Shown here one piece after another: positions 49,419 to 64,000 of a DNA stretch of 64,000 nt. Each line of letters begins with the position of its first letter. Position 1 is the stretch's first letter. The DNA is from Callorhinchus milii (lineage: Eukaryota), in NCBI RefSeq assembly GCF_018977255.1, contig NW_024704743.1, forward strand, positions 19,098,001-19,162,000, read 5' to 3'. Both the position numbers and the translations under genes were made by a program. The notes beneath the pieces are model-generated. The model was not told the origin of the DNA. It saw nothing but the letters and a program-made list of their open reading frames with translations, and ran no database searches.

Positions 49419-52400
49419 GTGTGGGAAACATTTCAATGTGATTGGATGCTATATCAAGAATGCACGAATTATTTATTTCTTGTACACTTAAAATGAAATC
49501 AATTAAAATTCACATTTGCTTGAGGGTGACCATATAAATGCAAGTTGTTGTTGTTGCTTCATGTTGCCCTCCCTATCTTCCCCACAATTGGTAGGTGGTC
49601 TTTCAGGCATTCTGTCCCACTCTGGAATCCATCCAGGAGTCCCTCCAATTTGCTCCCTCTTTCTTTCCCTCTTTAAAGGCACATTTCAAAACGTAGCTCT
49701 TTGGCTATGCTTTCAGTTTCCTTTCTCCCCCCACCCCATCCCTCTTGGCTCCTACTATCACGGAGCTTGATATTTTATGCCCAATGCTTCAGTGATTAGA
49801 GTTGGGGCTTTTCGAGTCGGGAGGACAAAACCATTATCCTCTTTGTATTAACAAATTTGAAATCCGCACTTCTTGAAATAAATTCAAAATATTTAAGGGA
49901 CACCCTAAAGCCTTAAATTAAGTTGGAGTCGTAATACATAAAATGCTAGTGCTTATGGTTTGAGCAGGGGCACAAGCTGACCCACTTGTTGTTACAAATG
50001 CCTCCAAGGTGCAACTCCCTGCCTGCTCAAACACCTAGTGTTTTATCCCCTCGTGCGTGTACTCTCACACTCATGCAGTACACATGATTACAGGCAATGA
50101 GTTCATGTAAATCAGGTTCCCTTTATACAACAAGAACATCCTTTAACTGAGACAGTGGTCAGACAGTTCCTGCTACCTGTGGGGTGTAAATGACCGAAAC
50201 AATACCATACAAACATGAAGGCAACATTCTAACAGACATTAAATCTCCATTCGAATGAGTATTCAATCGAGTTCGCAGGTTGTCAGGTCATGATGTCACC
50301 ACCGCCACACTACCCCCATTCAGCATCATCAAGCAATTTGAATCATCCTATATAATTGTAAATTGAAATGTATATATTAAAGTAATGTGATTCATGATCT
50401 CTTGTGAAAATAGTCAGGTTCGAGATTTACACTCTATATTGATCCCAGTAAGTAAATCTGGGTTACAATGAAGCGCGTTAATGCAGTTTCACTCTATTAT
50501 AGCAAGGTGCACATTATGTAATCTGAAAAAAATCATTGTATCTGCAATATTTATTGCAAGGTTTGATATCCATGTAATAAAGTTGTACCCAAGCTCGCTA
50601 TTCAACTTTATTCCAGATAACTCCTGTAGGTTTTAAAAGTTAATTTCTAAAAAGAAGAATAAGCCATAGGGGTCCGAGAAAATGGCTTCCTCCTGTACCG
50701 TCAGTTTCTATGGTACTAACTAACATCTTGTTTCAACTATTGGTTCAAACATATGGGATGGAAAACTTTTGCCGTCAAAGTTGAAAAACTGAACTTCTTG
50801 AGTGACTTGGCAAATTATGCCCAAGTCTAAATTGTTGGTGTTTCTTTGAGGGGTTGTTATGACCTGTGAACATAACTGTTTCCAGTTTATCACCTCTGAA
50901 GGTACAGCCAACTAAAAATCTCTCATCTGAAACCATTGACGTCAAAACGTTGTGGGGTTCAAGCCGCACATATTCTTGATCAGCTGTGTGTCTGACAATG
51001 GTATACGGGGTTCTACAGAGTAATGAAAATACAATACAAAAGATACTGAGAAATCACTGAAGGCAGATGAGGTGGACAAACAGTACGATACTTTTAACAC
51101 TGAGATAACAAAGTACTAATTTTATTGCAAATGCTCTCTGTATTGCTGTCCACCAGTCTCCTCTGAAGTTTTATAGGGTTAAACAAAATGACCTAAGAAG
51201 AATGATGATCCTGAAAAGAGGGAGAACAATTTATAAATTTCCTTATGATACTAAATTGAGGGATAGGACAGATGGGCATCTTTTACCTAGAGCAGATAGG
51301 TGCTGCTTAATGTTTTACAGAGAAAGTAATGATTCATTGATGTTCAGGATGCCTTAAACGTTACAGGCTTACAAGCTACTGGATTCGATAAAGATGTTCT
51401 TCTCAACACAACTTGCACTTATATAGCGCACTCCATGCAGAGTAGCGTCTCAGAGCTTGTGCTTCACTCCACAATATCACAGCTGTCAATCCTCTACAAA
51501 GTTGTTACTGGAACTGCCAGGGCAAGAGTAGAAATAAGAAGAAAAACATAAAAGAGAAATTGCTGAAATTCCTCAGCAGATCACTTAGCAATTGAAAGAA
51601 AAATCGGTTAATGTTCCAATCTCACTTCAGCACTACTTGCAGTAATTACTGCTGTTTAAGACAGAATGCAACTGAATCTCCTCTGGTGCCTTTAGTATAT
51701 CAATGAACTTTTCTTTCAATTCCTCAGACAGATCTAACCAACTGCTGTCATCCTTTTACTTTTCTGGCTCCACTTTTAATCCTTCTCCATCAATCAATGT
51801 TTTTGGCTCTGCTATCTCTCATCTCTTCCATTGTTAAAGTGGCATACAAGAAGCTTGGTTTCTTTTTCTCTTAATTCTCTTCAATTTCTTTCTTAGGATT
51901 ATGATAAACCAGAGCAAACGAAAGGTAGACAGAGTAGAAAAGGCTGAAGAACTGGCAAATAACAGGGGCAAGTTCAGCGACAAATGTCTTAAGAAGATTT
52001 TGAGACCAGAAGAAGAGATACCATTAACAGGCCATATTTTACTGAACTAATAAGAATTGTAAATGCCCTTTTATTAGGATATTTAATATAATTTTGTGAT
52101 GTGATTTTTGTTACGTGAGGACAAGCATATTTGCTTTGAGTATATTCCAGTGGCTAGAATATACTGTGCAAAGTGGAAATATGGAAGAATAAAGAGCTGA
52201 ATACAATAGAATTACACTTGAGCCTTTTTGCCATTGCTGTGACTCACTGAATCTCCATGTCTCGGGATGCAGTAAAGGGAATTTATTGACTTCTCTTTAA
52301 CTGATGCCCAATTGCAATCTCCAGCTCTGATTTTCTTTGTATCACAAATAACTAAAATGTTAATGGTAGATTTTTTTATTAAAAGAATATTAAATTTAAG

Positions 52401-52599
52401 ATTCTCAAAGCTTGTGGATAGTATTTTTGCCACAAAAAACACGATGGGCAAAAAACATTTCAGCCAAATTGTATATTTGAATATGAGTGAATGAATTAAA
52501 GGGTGTGTCTTCATTCGTGTGAGATAGTTCCACCAGTAAAGTGTCTTGGGTGGGCCAGTAGTTGTGGACTTAGTTTTTTGAATTATACAAGTTGCCAAT

Positions 52600-52921
52600 A
52601 TAATAATAATAATAATCCTGGCATTTGATATAGCGCTTTTCACGTCAGGAGGACGTCCCAAAGCACTTCACAGAATACACTGTAAAGTGAATTAACTGTA
52701 TATTTGTGGGCGAACGCGGCAGCCAATTGCGCACAGCAATGTCCCACAAACAGTCGTAGATTGAAAATGACCAATTTATTATTGTTTTTGGTTTTGGAGG
52801 GATTATTATTAGGCTCTGTGTGGAGTAAGGAAACTTGCCCAAGGTTTCGCCCTGTGCCTGGAAGTGAACTCAGGTCTCTCGCTTGCAAAGCGAGTGCTCT
52901 AACCACTGAGCTACAGGACTC
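52600..52921 (-). mobile_element. Full-length SINE, same family
   Basis: Near-identical to the 40453 copy. Confidence 0.93.
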
Positions 52922-53615
52922 CTATGGATGGTGGCGGCATTGTAACTTCATATAGCAGTGTTAATGCTCCCAAAATATTATGGCTTAACAAATCGTATTT
53001 AGCACTCTTCTGAACATAATAATGGATGTAATAATTTGTACATTTTATATGGCGTGTTTCACATCGGGAGAACATAGTACTTCACAGGTTATACTGTAAA
53101 AAGTGCAGTGACTGTATTTTGTTGGCAGACACAGCGGTCAATTTGCCACATTGGTGTCCCACAAACAGCCATGAAGTGAATGATCAATTTTATCTGGGAG
53201 ATTGTTGGCTCGAGAACGGGAGAAATGTGCTGTAAAATTTGATTCAGTAATGAAAATACAGTGCAGATGTTCTTAATTAAATTTGAAATGTGTTCTTTTC
53301 CTATGTGTTCAAAGTTTTTGTAATGAATTCTTAGACGCATTATATGGAAACACTTAACTTTTCCGTATTTTTTCTTGTGGTCTCTTTAAGTGAAGTTGGT
53401 ATTTCAGTGCTTAGGGTTTTTCTTGCCTCTGGATTTCTATCAACCAAGACACTACTATTTGTTTCTTAACATTAGTCCAGCCTGCATAACTGCATATCCT
53501 CTGCATAACTTTATTCTCATGTTATAGAATGTATCGTACATTCATTCATTTATTGATCTCTGTGAAAATTAGATTTCAATAAAAATGGTTCTTGTAACAT
53601 TCTCTTTTTCCTCAG

Positions 53616-53699
53616 TTTATAATCCTGGTGGTGGATAGCACTGACAGAGAGAGATTGTCAGTCACCAAAGAGGAACTCTACAGAATGCTGGCTCATGAG
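53616..53699 (+). CDS. ARL5B: ARL5B exon 4 ([28 protein letters not shown])
   Basis: 84 nt, AG/GT flanks. Confidence 0.97.
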
Positions 53700-54363
53700 G
53701 TAAACACGTGACTGAGTTATACTCCAAAAAGTTAAGCCACAAATGTCATAAAGGGTAGAGCTGGTGTCGCTGCATGTGTGCAGCTGGTCGGTTTGCATCC
53801 TGTGCACTTTTATTGTTTTAAGAAAAACAACTTCTGGGTTATCAAATCAGCATCACTTTCTGTCTGCATAAAATGCTTCAAAACAGGAAGTGACATTGGT
53901 GACAACCTGGCGGCCCGGATGTTAGCTGTACTTAGCATGCAGGAAGCTAAATTGGATGATTTTTGGATCATCTCTGACCGTATCATTTCCTGTGTGTTGC
54001 TGATGTGCTTTGTGAACAAACTGGCATTGATTGTCACTTAAGTAACAGGAGTATTTGGAAAAGGCAAGTAAATGGGACTGAACAGACTGCTGAATAGACA
54101 ACACAGATACAATGGGTCAAATGGCCACCTTCTGTGCTGTAAATTTCTATGGTTCCAATGACCTGGAAATCATCTAGTTTAGCATGAGAGCAGGCCAGCT
54201 TTGCACATAATGATGTGGATCGCCACCACATTATAACCAAATCAACACTTGTAGAGAAGTATTATAATTGGGCTGCATTGTACTTTAATTTTTAAAAAAT
54301 GAATAGTACAGAAATAGATCATTTTACCAAGTCAGCCTGCTTGTTAGATCATGGCAGATTCTT

Positions 54364-54662
54364 TAATAATAATAATCCTTGAATTTGACTTAGCACTTTT
54401 CACGCCTTCTAGACGTCTCAAAGCGCTTCACGGAATGGACTGTAAAGTGAATTGACTGTATATTTGTGGGCGAAATGTGGCAGCCAATTGCCCACAGCAG
54501 TGTTGCACAAACAGTCGTGGATTGAAATGACCAATTTATTATTTTTTTTTGAGGGATTATTATCAGGCAGGTGGAGTAAGGAAACTTGCCCAAGGTTTCA
54601 CCCTACCAGGAATCAAACCCAGGTCTCTTGCTTGCAAAGCGAGTACTCTAACCACTGAGCTA
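54364..54662 (-). mobile_element. SINE, same family
   Basis: tRNA-like head, core and tail present. Confidence 0.88.
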
Positions 54663-55522
54663 ATCCCTATCTATTCCAGCACCTTGGGACATCCTCCCGA
54701 CGTGAAAGGCGCTATACCAATGTAATTTTGTTGTTCATCCCTCTCTCATTTTCTTTAATTTGTTGGGGAAACGTTTTCTGATGTTGACATTCCTCATAGT
54801 ACATAATCAGCAAATACACTTTCCTTAAAAATATTTGCTCCTTCTGGAGCAGAGGAGAAGACTTACTCTGTAATTTTTGTTCTTTCTATTGTCTGCTATA
54901 AATTTACTACTGTTTCCTGCTCTACTTTCTGGTTATTATTGCTTGTCTGTTGAGTAAGCTTGGTATTGATACCTTTACACACTGTCTTGTTTTGCAATAA
55001 AGTGCTTTCAGCTGAGTTTTTAAGTTCTTTATCTTTTTGAAGATTTCTTTTTATGTAATGACGTCTTACAGTATCTTTGTTTTCCTTTAAGGTTTAGGTT
55101 TAAAACTTCCCATCTGTTAGAATTTGAAAGTTGCATTTTTAATGCTAAACCACTTTGAACTTTCAGTGATCTTTGAACACTAGATGAGTTTACTCAATGT
55201 ACATTCGTTAGCATTATTAGCTAATGTTCTACTGAAACAATCTTTCTCCGCGCACCAGTTCCTTCTCTACTTTCCTATCTTGCAAAGGATGAAGAGTTGA
55301 TCAATGCACTATATAAAATCAACTTAGTGGCTTCAGGGAACCTTCTCTTTGCAGCGCAAACGTTGTGCAATCAGATTGGGATGATTTACGAACAATACAA
55401 AGTTGTAGCAATAAAATAATCAAGGTTGTCTGTGAAATCCGTACCTTATGATATGTGGAGAAAAAGATGCTCCAGGTAGATAACCGTCCTTGAACAGTAA
55501 TTAAATATTCTTTCTGTTCCAG

Positions 55523-55674
55523 GACCTAAGGAATGCAGCTGTGCTGATATTTGCCAACAAACAGGACAAGAAGCGTTGCATGTCAGCAGCTGAAATCTCC
55601 AAATACCTCACTCTAAGTTCTATTAAAGATCATCAATGGCACATTCAAGCTTGCTGTGCACTCACAGGAGAAGG
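55523..55674 (+). CDS. ARL5B: ARL5B exon 5 ([15 protein letters not shown]...[13 protein letters not shown])
   Basis: 152 nt; NKQD G4 motif and CAL G5 motif. Confidence 0.97.
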
Positions 55675-55924
55675 GTGAGTATCTGTGAATGTTGTACATT
55701 TGGATGCACTTAAGCCTGGTGATGGGTTTCAGTATGTGTCAGACAAAAAAAACTGAACAGTTTGTACAGTGAAGATTCCACTCATTTAGGATTGAGCCCA
55801 GTTATAAGGCGGTAGTTACAGTCCATAAAATTCTAAACCAGCACTATGATGGGATGTGATCGCCAGTTAGAGATTTTTCATCATCCGGTGGAGCAGGAAG
55901 TTACATGAGCAGTGAGCTGATAGC

Positions 55925-56103
55925 AATAATAATAATTTGGTCACTCAATCCACGACATGTTTGTGGGACACTGCTGTGCATAATTAGCTGCTGCGTTTCG
56001 CCCACAAATATACAATCAATTCACTTTACAGTCAATTCTGTGAAGCGCTTTGAGATGTCTAGAAGACGTGAAAAGTGCTATATTAAATGCAAGGATTATT
56101 ATA
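55925..56103 (+). mobile_element. Truncated SINE
   Basis: Core and tail match the family. Confidence 0.8.
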
Positions 56104-57489
56104 TAACCTGGAAGTCGTTTTGACCTCTTGAACGTTTCAAAATACTCATGGAGCCAGAGCAGGGGGAACACTAGCGTAGGCCCGTAGGGCTGAATGATCA
56201 GTTTCCAGACTGCACTATGGAAAAGGCCTGGAGACTCGCCAACCACTCACCAGTGTCCTGACTCACCACTTCCTGCCTCTTCGGGCACGCCACCGTACAG
56301 AGACATAGAGAGAGAGAGAGACATACTCACAGACAACGCACACATATAGAGGAAAGAGAGACACAGACAATCAAAATAGCAGGGCCTTAGGGTGAGTGAC
56401 CATCTCCCACTCGCGCCGTAAAACACATGCGTGTCTGGAGCCACTCCACACCAGTAGCTCCGACGAGCAAACATTCAGCAGCAGCGCAGAGGACGGAGGG
56501 GCAGAGTGGCTTTTGTAGCAGATTCCGCAGAAAAACTGCGGCTGCACTTTTCTATTGGCCCAGCTCATCACCATGCATCTCACCTACACATGGAAATTCC
56601 AGACATGTTTGTTGGAATGGATTGTGCATACTCTCCCTGGAAGGATGCATCCTGCTTCCTTAATTCCAGAGTGTATTAGGCACAGGTTGGCAAGAGCGCA
56701 AGCTTTGAGACCTCAGAATGTTGGGGTACTACTCACTTTAACTAAGACTGCCTAGCATGGCATTGAGAGCACTGCAGGCAAGCTTTCCTGCTGCCTTTCC
56801 AGCTACAACTGGTCTGCCTTTCCACGTCAATGAGCCAGCATGGCTGTACTGCCATCATCAGTGCCATACTGGAGTACTGCACATAGAGGGTGGACTCAAT
56901 TCCGACATTCCTTTGGCAAAAGGAGCCAGAGACTCCCCCACCCCCCGAGCATAGTCACCAGTTGGTCATTTGACATCTGACAAGCGTGAATTCGAGCCCT
57001 CGCTAAGTGGATGATAGGTACCTGATCGTAGCTTCCTGGTGGACAACTTAGCTCAGCATGAAATGCATGAGAGCATTGCCACCGTCTTCCTGTCTCAGCT
57101 GAGACACTTGTTGGCTCCCATTGACCGATGGATTTACCAGTTGGAAGTGCAGAGCTGAAGCAGCGTCTGTTTGCCTCTTTGCAAGTCAATCAAGGTGGAA
57201 TCCAGGCGCTGGATGTACAAATGCGTCTTCAGGAACTGAGACTCTAGATAATGTCTTCCAGTAGCTGTCGCTCCAAGCTTCAGAGTTTCCTCATCAGCTA
57301 TCTGGCGGACATCTGCCTTCAGCGAAGTCTTTTACAGGACAGCTTGTGATGTGCTAGCCACTAGTGCCCTGCCATTGAGGTCTAAGCCCAATGCCACATA
57401 CAGGCTTGCTCTACACTAGCTGCTTCATCCTGGGCCTCATGTGAGGGGCTTTGGCAAATAGATGTGCTAGGTGAGTATAAGCCAGAGCT

Positions 57490-57905
57490 CTCCCCTCCGG
57501 CCTTCTGGCTCCTCATTCCCCAGAGATCGAGTTCAAGATTCTCATCCTCACTTTAAACGCTCTCTTTGGTCTTGCCCATCCTACTTTCGTAACCTTCTAA
57601 AACCTTGCCAACCCATATATCCTCTCCGCTAGGCAGCTGGTTGGGTCTTCAGCCTTTCCTCACCCTCTCTCTGGAACTCAATCCTGGAGTCCCTTTGCCT
57701 TTCCCCTTTCCTTGTGTCCTTCAAGGTCCATCTCAAGACTTTCCTCTTTGACTGTATGTACCTTTGGTCATTTTTCCTCCCCCCATACCACTCTCTGCCC
57801 ATGGCCTCCACCTGTCTTGAATCCAACTCCCAGCTCGGATGCAGACCTTCGTCTTGGGAAGTTCTTCCAACGTGAAATGCGCTGTAGAAATGCAAACTTG
57901 TTTGC
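57490..57905 (+). mobile_element. L2 3' fragment
   Basis: WL.IPQRSSSRFS-type segment and L2 tail. Confidence 0.7.
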
Positions 57906-58305
57906 GGCTGTCTATTGTGGGAGTGCTTGTTGCTGGCACTGAGTGCTTAGAAAAAAATTATGTTCCATGTCCGAACACTGACATTCCTCAACCTTGAACA
58001 TGTACTTAGTAGGTCTGTGCTGTTTCTGGCTGTTGGCAACCTTTTTGTTTGCCTACCCTGCAGGGATGTCTGGCTTGTGCTCAGCATCTCCCCACAATTT
58101 CTGCATTTAAAAAATGTATCCTTGATATAGGTTTAACGGGTTTGGCACTTTGCCTTTGACCTAATTGAGAACATTTCTGCTCTATATAAATTTAATATGC
58201 TCATTTTTTTAAAAAAAACTAGATTTGCTATTACTATATTTCTCTTTCTCGTGCACAGAGGAGATTATTATGTAAAAGCAAGTACATTTTAACTTTTCCC
58301 TGCAG

Positions 58306-58354
58306 ATTGTGCCAAGGTCTGGAATGGATGACATCTAGAGTTGGAGTAAGATAA
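58306..58354 (+). CDS. ARL5B: ARL5B exon 6 (LCQGLEWMTSRVGVR*)
   Basis: 49 nt ending in TAA; total CDS 540 nt = 179 aa; C-terminus and adjacency to NSUN6 favour ARL5B over ARL5A. Confidence 0.95.
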
Positions 58355-60070
58355 AAGCTTTCACTCTGAAAATATAAAGCCACCTGTGATTGAATTTTAC
58401 TTGTACAGTTGCAAATGTCCAGCAAAAATGTAATTATGTTAACATGAATTAAAAGCAACACTTGTTTTATATAACACCAATTAAATTAATGTTGTCAGTC
58501 AGGTTTATACACCATAGATTCAGTATTTGGTATTCATTCCACCCAATGTTACCAAGGACCTGCTTACTTAACGCGTCTTAATTGTCCTCTTCTTTGTGTA
58601 CACTTGAATAACAGTTCTGCATTTTGGGTCATATTTCATTATTGCATATTAATAAGTTTAAGCTATAAGTATTGGGACTGTATTTGGCAGTATTTTGGTG
58701 TAAATGTGCTTGTACCACTAAAGACTTCAGAGAAAGGATGTGAAACAAGTATTCTCGTGACTACTCCCAAGTTACACAACTCGGCAGGTAACAAACCAAA
58801 TGTATACTTCATTTTTCAGGCCCTGACCTCTGTAACGTGTTATGATATATGTGAGGGACATTTTTGGTGTGTCACTTACTTTTGCAATCTTAATAAATGG
58901 TTTGTGGCTAGCCGAGCCTTAACCACTTGTTTTCTGAAACAGCTTTAATGTAAAGAAATTACCAACATTGGTATGATGTTTTAGAATTCACACCACCAGC
59001 AGCAGATCAGTATAGTTTAAAAAGAATTGTCCCTTTTTAGGATTAAATGGGCTAGGGACAAAATATTATTTCCATTGAACCAATTATGTACTCAAAAGTA
59101 TTATCAGTTCTGTCAACTGTTAGCGAGCAGTATTGATCATCTATGCACATAAATCTATATGTGCCTGAGAAACTGACATTGCCCCTTTTTCAGCCAGGAA
59201 ACGTTTAACTGCAGGGAAAGAAAACAGAGGATTTCTCTTATTTTGCAAACTGAGGTAATGAAAGCTTCATTAATATCTTTACATAACTGCTCAGCTTTGC
59301 AACAAAATACAGCATTAATTCTTCATGGCTAATTTCTAACAATTTGCAATATCAGTTGGTCTGAACAATTGGTAATTTCCACATTGATGACAGACTGTTT
59401 CAATTACAGTTATCATACTCCATTGGACTTGAAATGATTGGGGCTGAATATATTGTATGTGGATGTCAAGATCATGACATTTCTGTTTGAAGAGCATTAT
59501 GGAAATTTTTGTTTTGCACTTTGGTATGCTTTAAAATAGAAGACTGGGTCTTGATTAACATGTTCTGCACTTCAGTTTGCATTTGTTGTAAAAAGTTCAA
59601 CAGTGTTACCACCATTCTGTACAGTGTAGTATAAATTACCACCAAGATATTTCATCAAAGCTTCTCCTGACATAGGATTCAGGGTCATTGGATGTGACAC
59701 AAAGCTCGTATTCTTTAGCAAGAGTGTGTGTGATCTTTTAGCTATGTTAAGCAAGTTTCTTGAATGTTTGGAATGAGAGTTTTAAAACTTTTGTATATTT
59801 TTATCTGTCAGACTTCTGTTAGATTTTTTTCCTATAAATTATTTTTAAACCATGTATGTTTACAATTTTGTTAGGAGGAACATTTTGCCTTATTAAAAGT
59901 ATTCATTAAAAGAAATGTTGGATGTTGCTCTAGCTGAGCACATTCAGTTTACCTCCTATTAAACCGTGGTGCATTAACATTTGTATTTTATTTGCAAGTC
60001 AAGTTTTTGTGAGCCACTGTTATGTAATGTTTGGTTCAAACAAATAAAACATTCTAAACAAATTCTCATT
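58355..60070 (+). other. ARL5B: Probable ARL5B 3' UTR with AATAAA at 58892 and 60043
   Basis: ~1.7 kb AT-rich stretch with no recognisable repeats, ending near an AATAAA. Confidence 0.55.
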
Positions 60071-60797
60071 TTTTTTTTATTCCGGAGCATGTTTTGATGT
60101 TCTAGAGGGTATTTATGGACAGCAGTGTCCGACAAACAGTAATGGAGTGAATGATCCTTTTGAACTGGGGTATTGTTTGACACTTAGAAAAACTCTTCTC
60201 TTTTCACAGTGCTATGGGATTTCCATCAAAGGACAATACATAGTCAGTGCACTTCTGATATCATAGTGCTCCCCTGCCTTGCTTTGGATTACCCGACAAT
60301 GCCCAATTTGGTACTTAAGCTCACAAATTTCTAACACAGGAACAAAAATGCTACCAACTGAGTCAACTGACACCTACATTCATTCTACACTATTTTCCAG
60401 TAATATTGATTATGTATGTATGTATGTATTCTGTGCTATTACTCCATAAGATATTCCAACACCTTAGGACATCCTCTCGACATGAAAGGCGCTATACAAA
60501 TGTGATTTGTTGTTGTATATAGCCTCTTGGAAACTGTAAGTTTTACAAATTCTAATAACCCCTGCATTTTATATAGTGCTCTATCATGTTGAAATATCTC
60601 AATGCACTTCATAGTTTTTGGTAAAATACAGTGACTTATTTGCAGGGATTGAAGGAAATCTGATTTATTTATGGGAATTAAGCAATTAAATGAAAACAAA
60701 GTAATTAAAGCATATATAACCATAAGCTTGGAAAGCTGTGTCAAATAAATTTGAGAAAAGAAAGTCAAAAAGCTGATTTGAAGTGCAAAATAGTATA

Positions 60798-61102
60798 CCA
60801 ACCTGCCCGATCCCTCCGTTCATCAGGCTCCGGCCTGCTCCATGTCTCCTATCTTACCATCGATGGCCGTGCTTTCAGCCTCTCTGCCCCCACACTCTGG
60901 AACTCCATCCCACGGTCCCTTCGCCTCACTTCCTCCCTTGCATCTTTCAAGGCCAGTCTTGACCGTGCCTTTGGTCTCCCTCCCACCTCTCTGCCTTCCC
61001 TACACCATCCCTCCCCCATGCTCGGGCCCTGACAGCTGACTGTTCAGCGCTTTGGGACGTCCTCCCGACGTGAAAAGCGCTCTGAAAATGTAATTTTGTT
61101 GT
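60798..61102 (+). mobile_element. L2 3' fragment
   Basis: ARSLRSSGSGLLHV...GRAFSLSAPTLWNSIP; tail stem-loop. Confidence 0.85.
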
Positions 61103-62482
61103 ATATATTTCATGCTTTCTCAAATTGTAAAGTGTATTGCTTGCTTACCGAATATGCAATAACTATACTTACAGTTCATCCTGTGCGATGCTTTAAGATG
61201 TTCTGACATGAAAGATGCTATATCAAATTTAGATAAATCTGTGTCACTCATCCTTTCAAATTTCTCAAGAGTGATGTTGGAACCCTGGGAACTTTGACTG
61301 AACATTATTACAGAGCCAGGCACCGACTGAGATCAGAAACTTGGTTTTGAAACATTGATTGGTGGTGCTGTATGTTGGTGATGTGAACCATCACCACGTT
61401 ATGCATTGAATGATTATTACATTTTGGGGGAAAACTGTATCAGCTCTCCATCATTTCAGCTGAGTTTGTCAAAGGTGCTATCCTCCAGAGACGTAAAACT
61501 GAAGTCCCATTTTTTTTAGTCAGATGTTAAAAATCCCATAGCACTATTTGAAAAGAAGGACATTTCTAAAATTCGGATGACCTGACCAACAATACGCCTG
61601 TTAAATTAATTGTTTCTTTGTATACATTGCTGTGTGTAACTTGGCAGCTGTCTTGGTTACAAATGCATAGTCGCTGCACTTGACAGCAACTGCGACTAAA
61701 TACTTTTGAGTCCTTGCACTGTGTGGTTATAAGGAGTTATATCAAATGTGAGAATTAATATATTAAACTTTTTTAAAACTAGGAAATCGTATATGAATAA
61801 ACCAGACAAAAAATAAGTGTAACAATCCTATTGTCTTGTTTTCTCCTCTTTGTCCTACAACTTGAGAGTGAAACAAATGGTGGAGAAATTCCACCTGGGT
61901 TTAGATTTACTATTTATGTAGCATTATAGAGCATTCAGAATTTGCCAAATTGTTGCATTCAGTCTCAACTTTAAAGTCAGCTTTCTGTAAACTCTTGAAA
62001 TAACTTTAAATAAACTGGCTTCAGAATTAAGCTGTGGTTAAGCATTTACCAAATTCCGTGTGCTCGAAAAGGCTACAGAAATAGAGCAAATTTAGATCAC
62101 TGTGGATTTTCTCCCCAATGTTTGGGATGCAGTTATAGATGTCCCCTGCCATCTGGTGGAACAAAATGTGAACTCCAGCCTCTTGTGGCAGTCGGACTGT
62201 GGAAATAACATTTGCATAGTGCCCCTCACGCAGGGTAACTTCCCAGAGAGCTTGACAGTGGTGGAGCAGGATGCTGAGCTGGGGGGAAGGGAAAACAGAT
62301 ACGAATGATGAACACCACAGTCTAATCTGTTCAGGTTGGAGTAGGATTTCTCTGAGGGTCATCCTCCGTCCTTGCCTACCGTCAAGTGGTCCGAAGCATT
62401 ATCTGACATGAAAGGTGTTGTGTGGTTATTCAGCTCACCCTACCTAAGTTAGCCCAATTCAAGGTTTGCTTCTAGAAGCTAA

Positions 62483-63470
62483 ACAACAACACATTACATT
62501 TGCCTAGCGTCTTTCACGTCAGGAGGATGTCCAAAGGTGCCTGACAGTCAGGGATTTGGACCGGAGCTGGGAGCAGGAGGGGTGGATGGCAGGGAGGGTG
62601 GGGATAGAAGGTAGAAGGCGCAGTCAAAGGTAGGGTCTTGAGACGTACCTTGAAGGAGGCAAGGGAAGGAGCGAGGCGAAGGGACTGTGAGATAGGGTCC
62701 CAAATGATGAGGGCAGAGAGGCTGAAGACCCAACCACCAATGATGGGGTGTGCTGGGGATGGGGAGCAGGCTGGAGCCTGCTGAGCCGAGAGGGCGGAAA
62801 GGTCGATGTGGATTTAGCAAGTCACAGAGGCAGGGAGGACAGGAGTAAGGCCGTGGAGAGTCCGGTAGGCGAGGATAAAGATTTTGAACTATCTGGGTGA
62901 AGGAGAACTATTGGAGCTGGGCGAAGGTGGGGGTGATGGGGTCACGGAAGCTGGTGTGGGAGAGGACACAAGCTGCAGAGTTCTGAGTGGTCTGCAATTG
63001 TGGAGGAAAGAGCTGGGAAGGCCGACCAGCAGGGAACGAGCCTAGATACTACTAATAATAATGATGTAATGAATGCGTGGATGAGGGTCTTGCTGGCCTG
63101 AGGGGAGAGGCAGTGGCAGAACCAGGCGATCACGCAGGGATGTGGGGTAAAAGAACAGTTGAGGGTCAAACAAGATACCAAGATTCCGGACTGGCTTGGT
63201 AAGGTGACGTGTGCGTCTATATGATAATGGTGCTGCCAGGGTTCGAGGTGCGGAGACGCTGACGGGAACCAACCAGTTACATTCAACTGGAGGAATGTCC
63301 ACTTAGCACTCATGTCTAACAGACATTCTGTCCTGACAGCAGTGGTCCTGGAGTCGAGGGTGGAGGAAGAGATAGAGTTGGGTGTTACCAGCAAACGTGT
63401 GTTGACCCCATGTTTGCAGATGATGTCAAGAGGCAACGTATTGAAGGATAACAGCTGGAATGGGTAACTA
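62483..63470 (-). mobile_element. L2 decayed fragment
   Basis: KPVRNLGILFDPQL peptide; L2 tail. Confidence 0.82.
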
Positions 63471-64000
63471 ACAACCAGGAAGGGTGGTTGAGGCCAGAAC
63501 ACCAGATTCAATTTATAAACATCTTGATATTAGAATGCGTATTGGAAAGGGATGAGATAAACAACATCAAGAGATCCAATGGATTTAGGAGCTTTCTTGG
63601 CAGGCTACTCGACTGGTGGAGGGGGCAAACATCACAGCTAGCCCCAATTCTATCCTAACACCTGGCTCAATTGGTAGCCACCTCACCTGTAAGTCAAAAG
63701 GTTGTGGGTTCAAGCCTCACATTGGGACTCAGAACTCTCTGCTGACACTCTATTGCAGTCGATGTTAAAGATCCCATGACACTATTGAAAAAGAAAGGAG
63801 TTTCTCCGGGTGTCCTGGGCAACATTCTCTCAAATAAAATTGGTCATTCAGTTCATGGATAGTTGTGGGACATTGTTGTGCACAAAATGGCTATTGTATT
63901 TGCCTAGAAATACAGTTGCTGACCTTTGGAGTATATGCTGTGAAGCGCATTGAGACTTCCTTCTGACATGAAAGATGCTATACCAAATGCTAAGGATTAT

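Noticed and set aside
53930..54200. Short imperfect inverted repeat (GCTAAATTGGATGATTT / AAATCATCTAGTTTAGC)
   Set aside because: Too short and degenerate, and interrupted by a CR1-like tail; probably an old MITE relic
56590..57460. Moderately GC-rich block with several short ORFs in ARL5B intron 5
   Set aside because: No recognisable motifs; probably an old transposon relic that I cannot classify

Overview
AT-rich vertebrate genomic DNA, most likely from a cartilaginous fish. This is inferred from the L2/CR1/tRNA-SINE landscape and a protein family I know from dogfish. Two spliced genes lie head-to-head, as in human. NSUN6 (minus strand, 11 coding exons, 34743->16034, 475 aa) is an m5C tRNA methyltransferase. 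ARL5B (plus strand, 6 exons, 39035->58354, 179 aa) is a small GTPase. Both gene models were assembled by hand and close in frame with GT-AG introns. The most notable item is downstream of NSUN6: an ~1.2-1.4 kb inverted duplication (9436-10861 / 11725-12940). It carries two intact, intronless, TATA-driven, divergently transcribed genes for very basic 77-80 aa proteins that resemble shark spermatid-specific nuclear transition protein S2. Each arm ends internally in the same palindromic element. Other observations are a 409-bp near-perfect palindrome in an NSUN6 intron, a 5x40-bp CRE-like tandem repeat in the ARL5B promoter, inverted young SINEs, a decayed hammerhead-like motif, a candidate solo LTR and a possible env-like relic. 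All homology calls come from recalled sequences; no searches were run.
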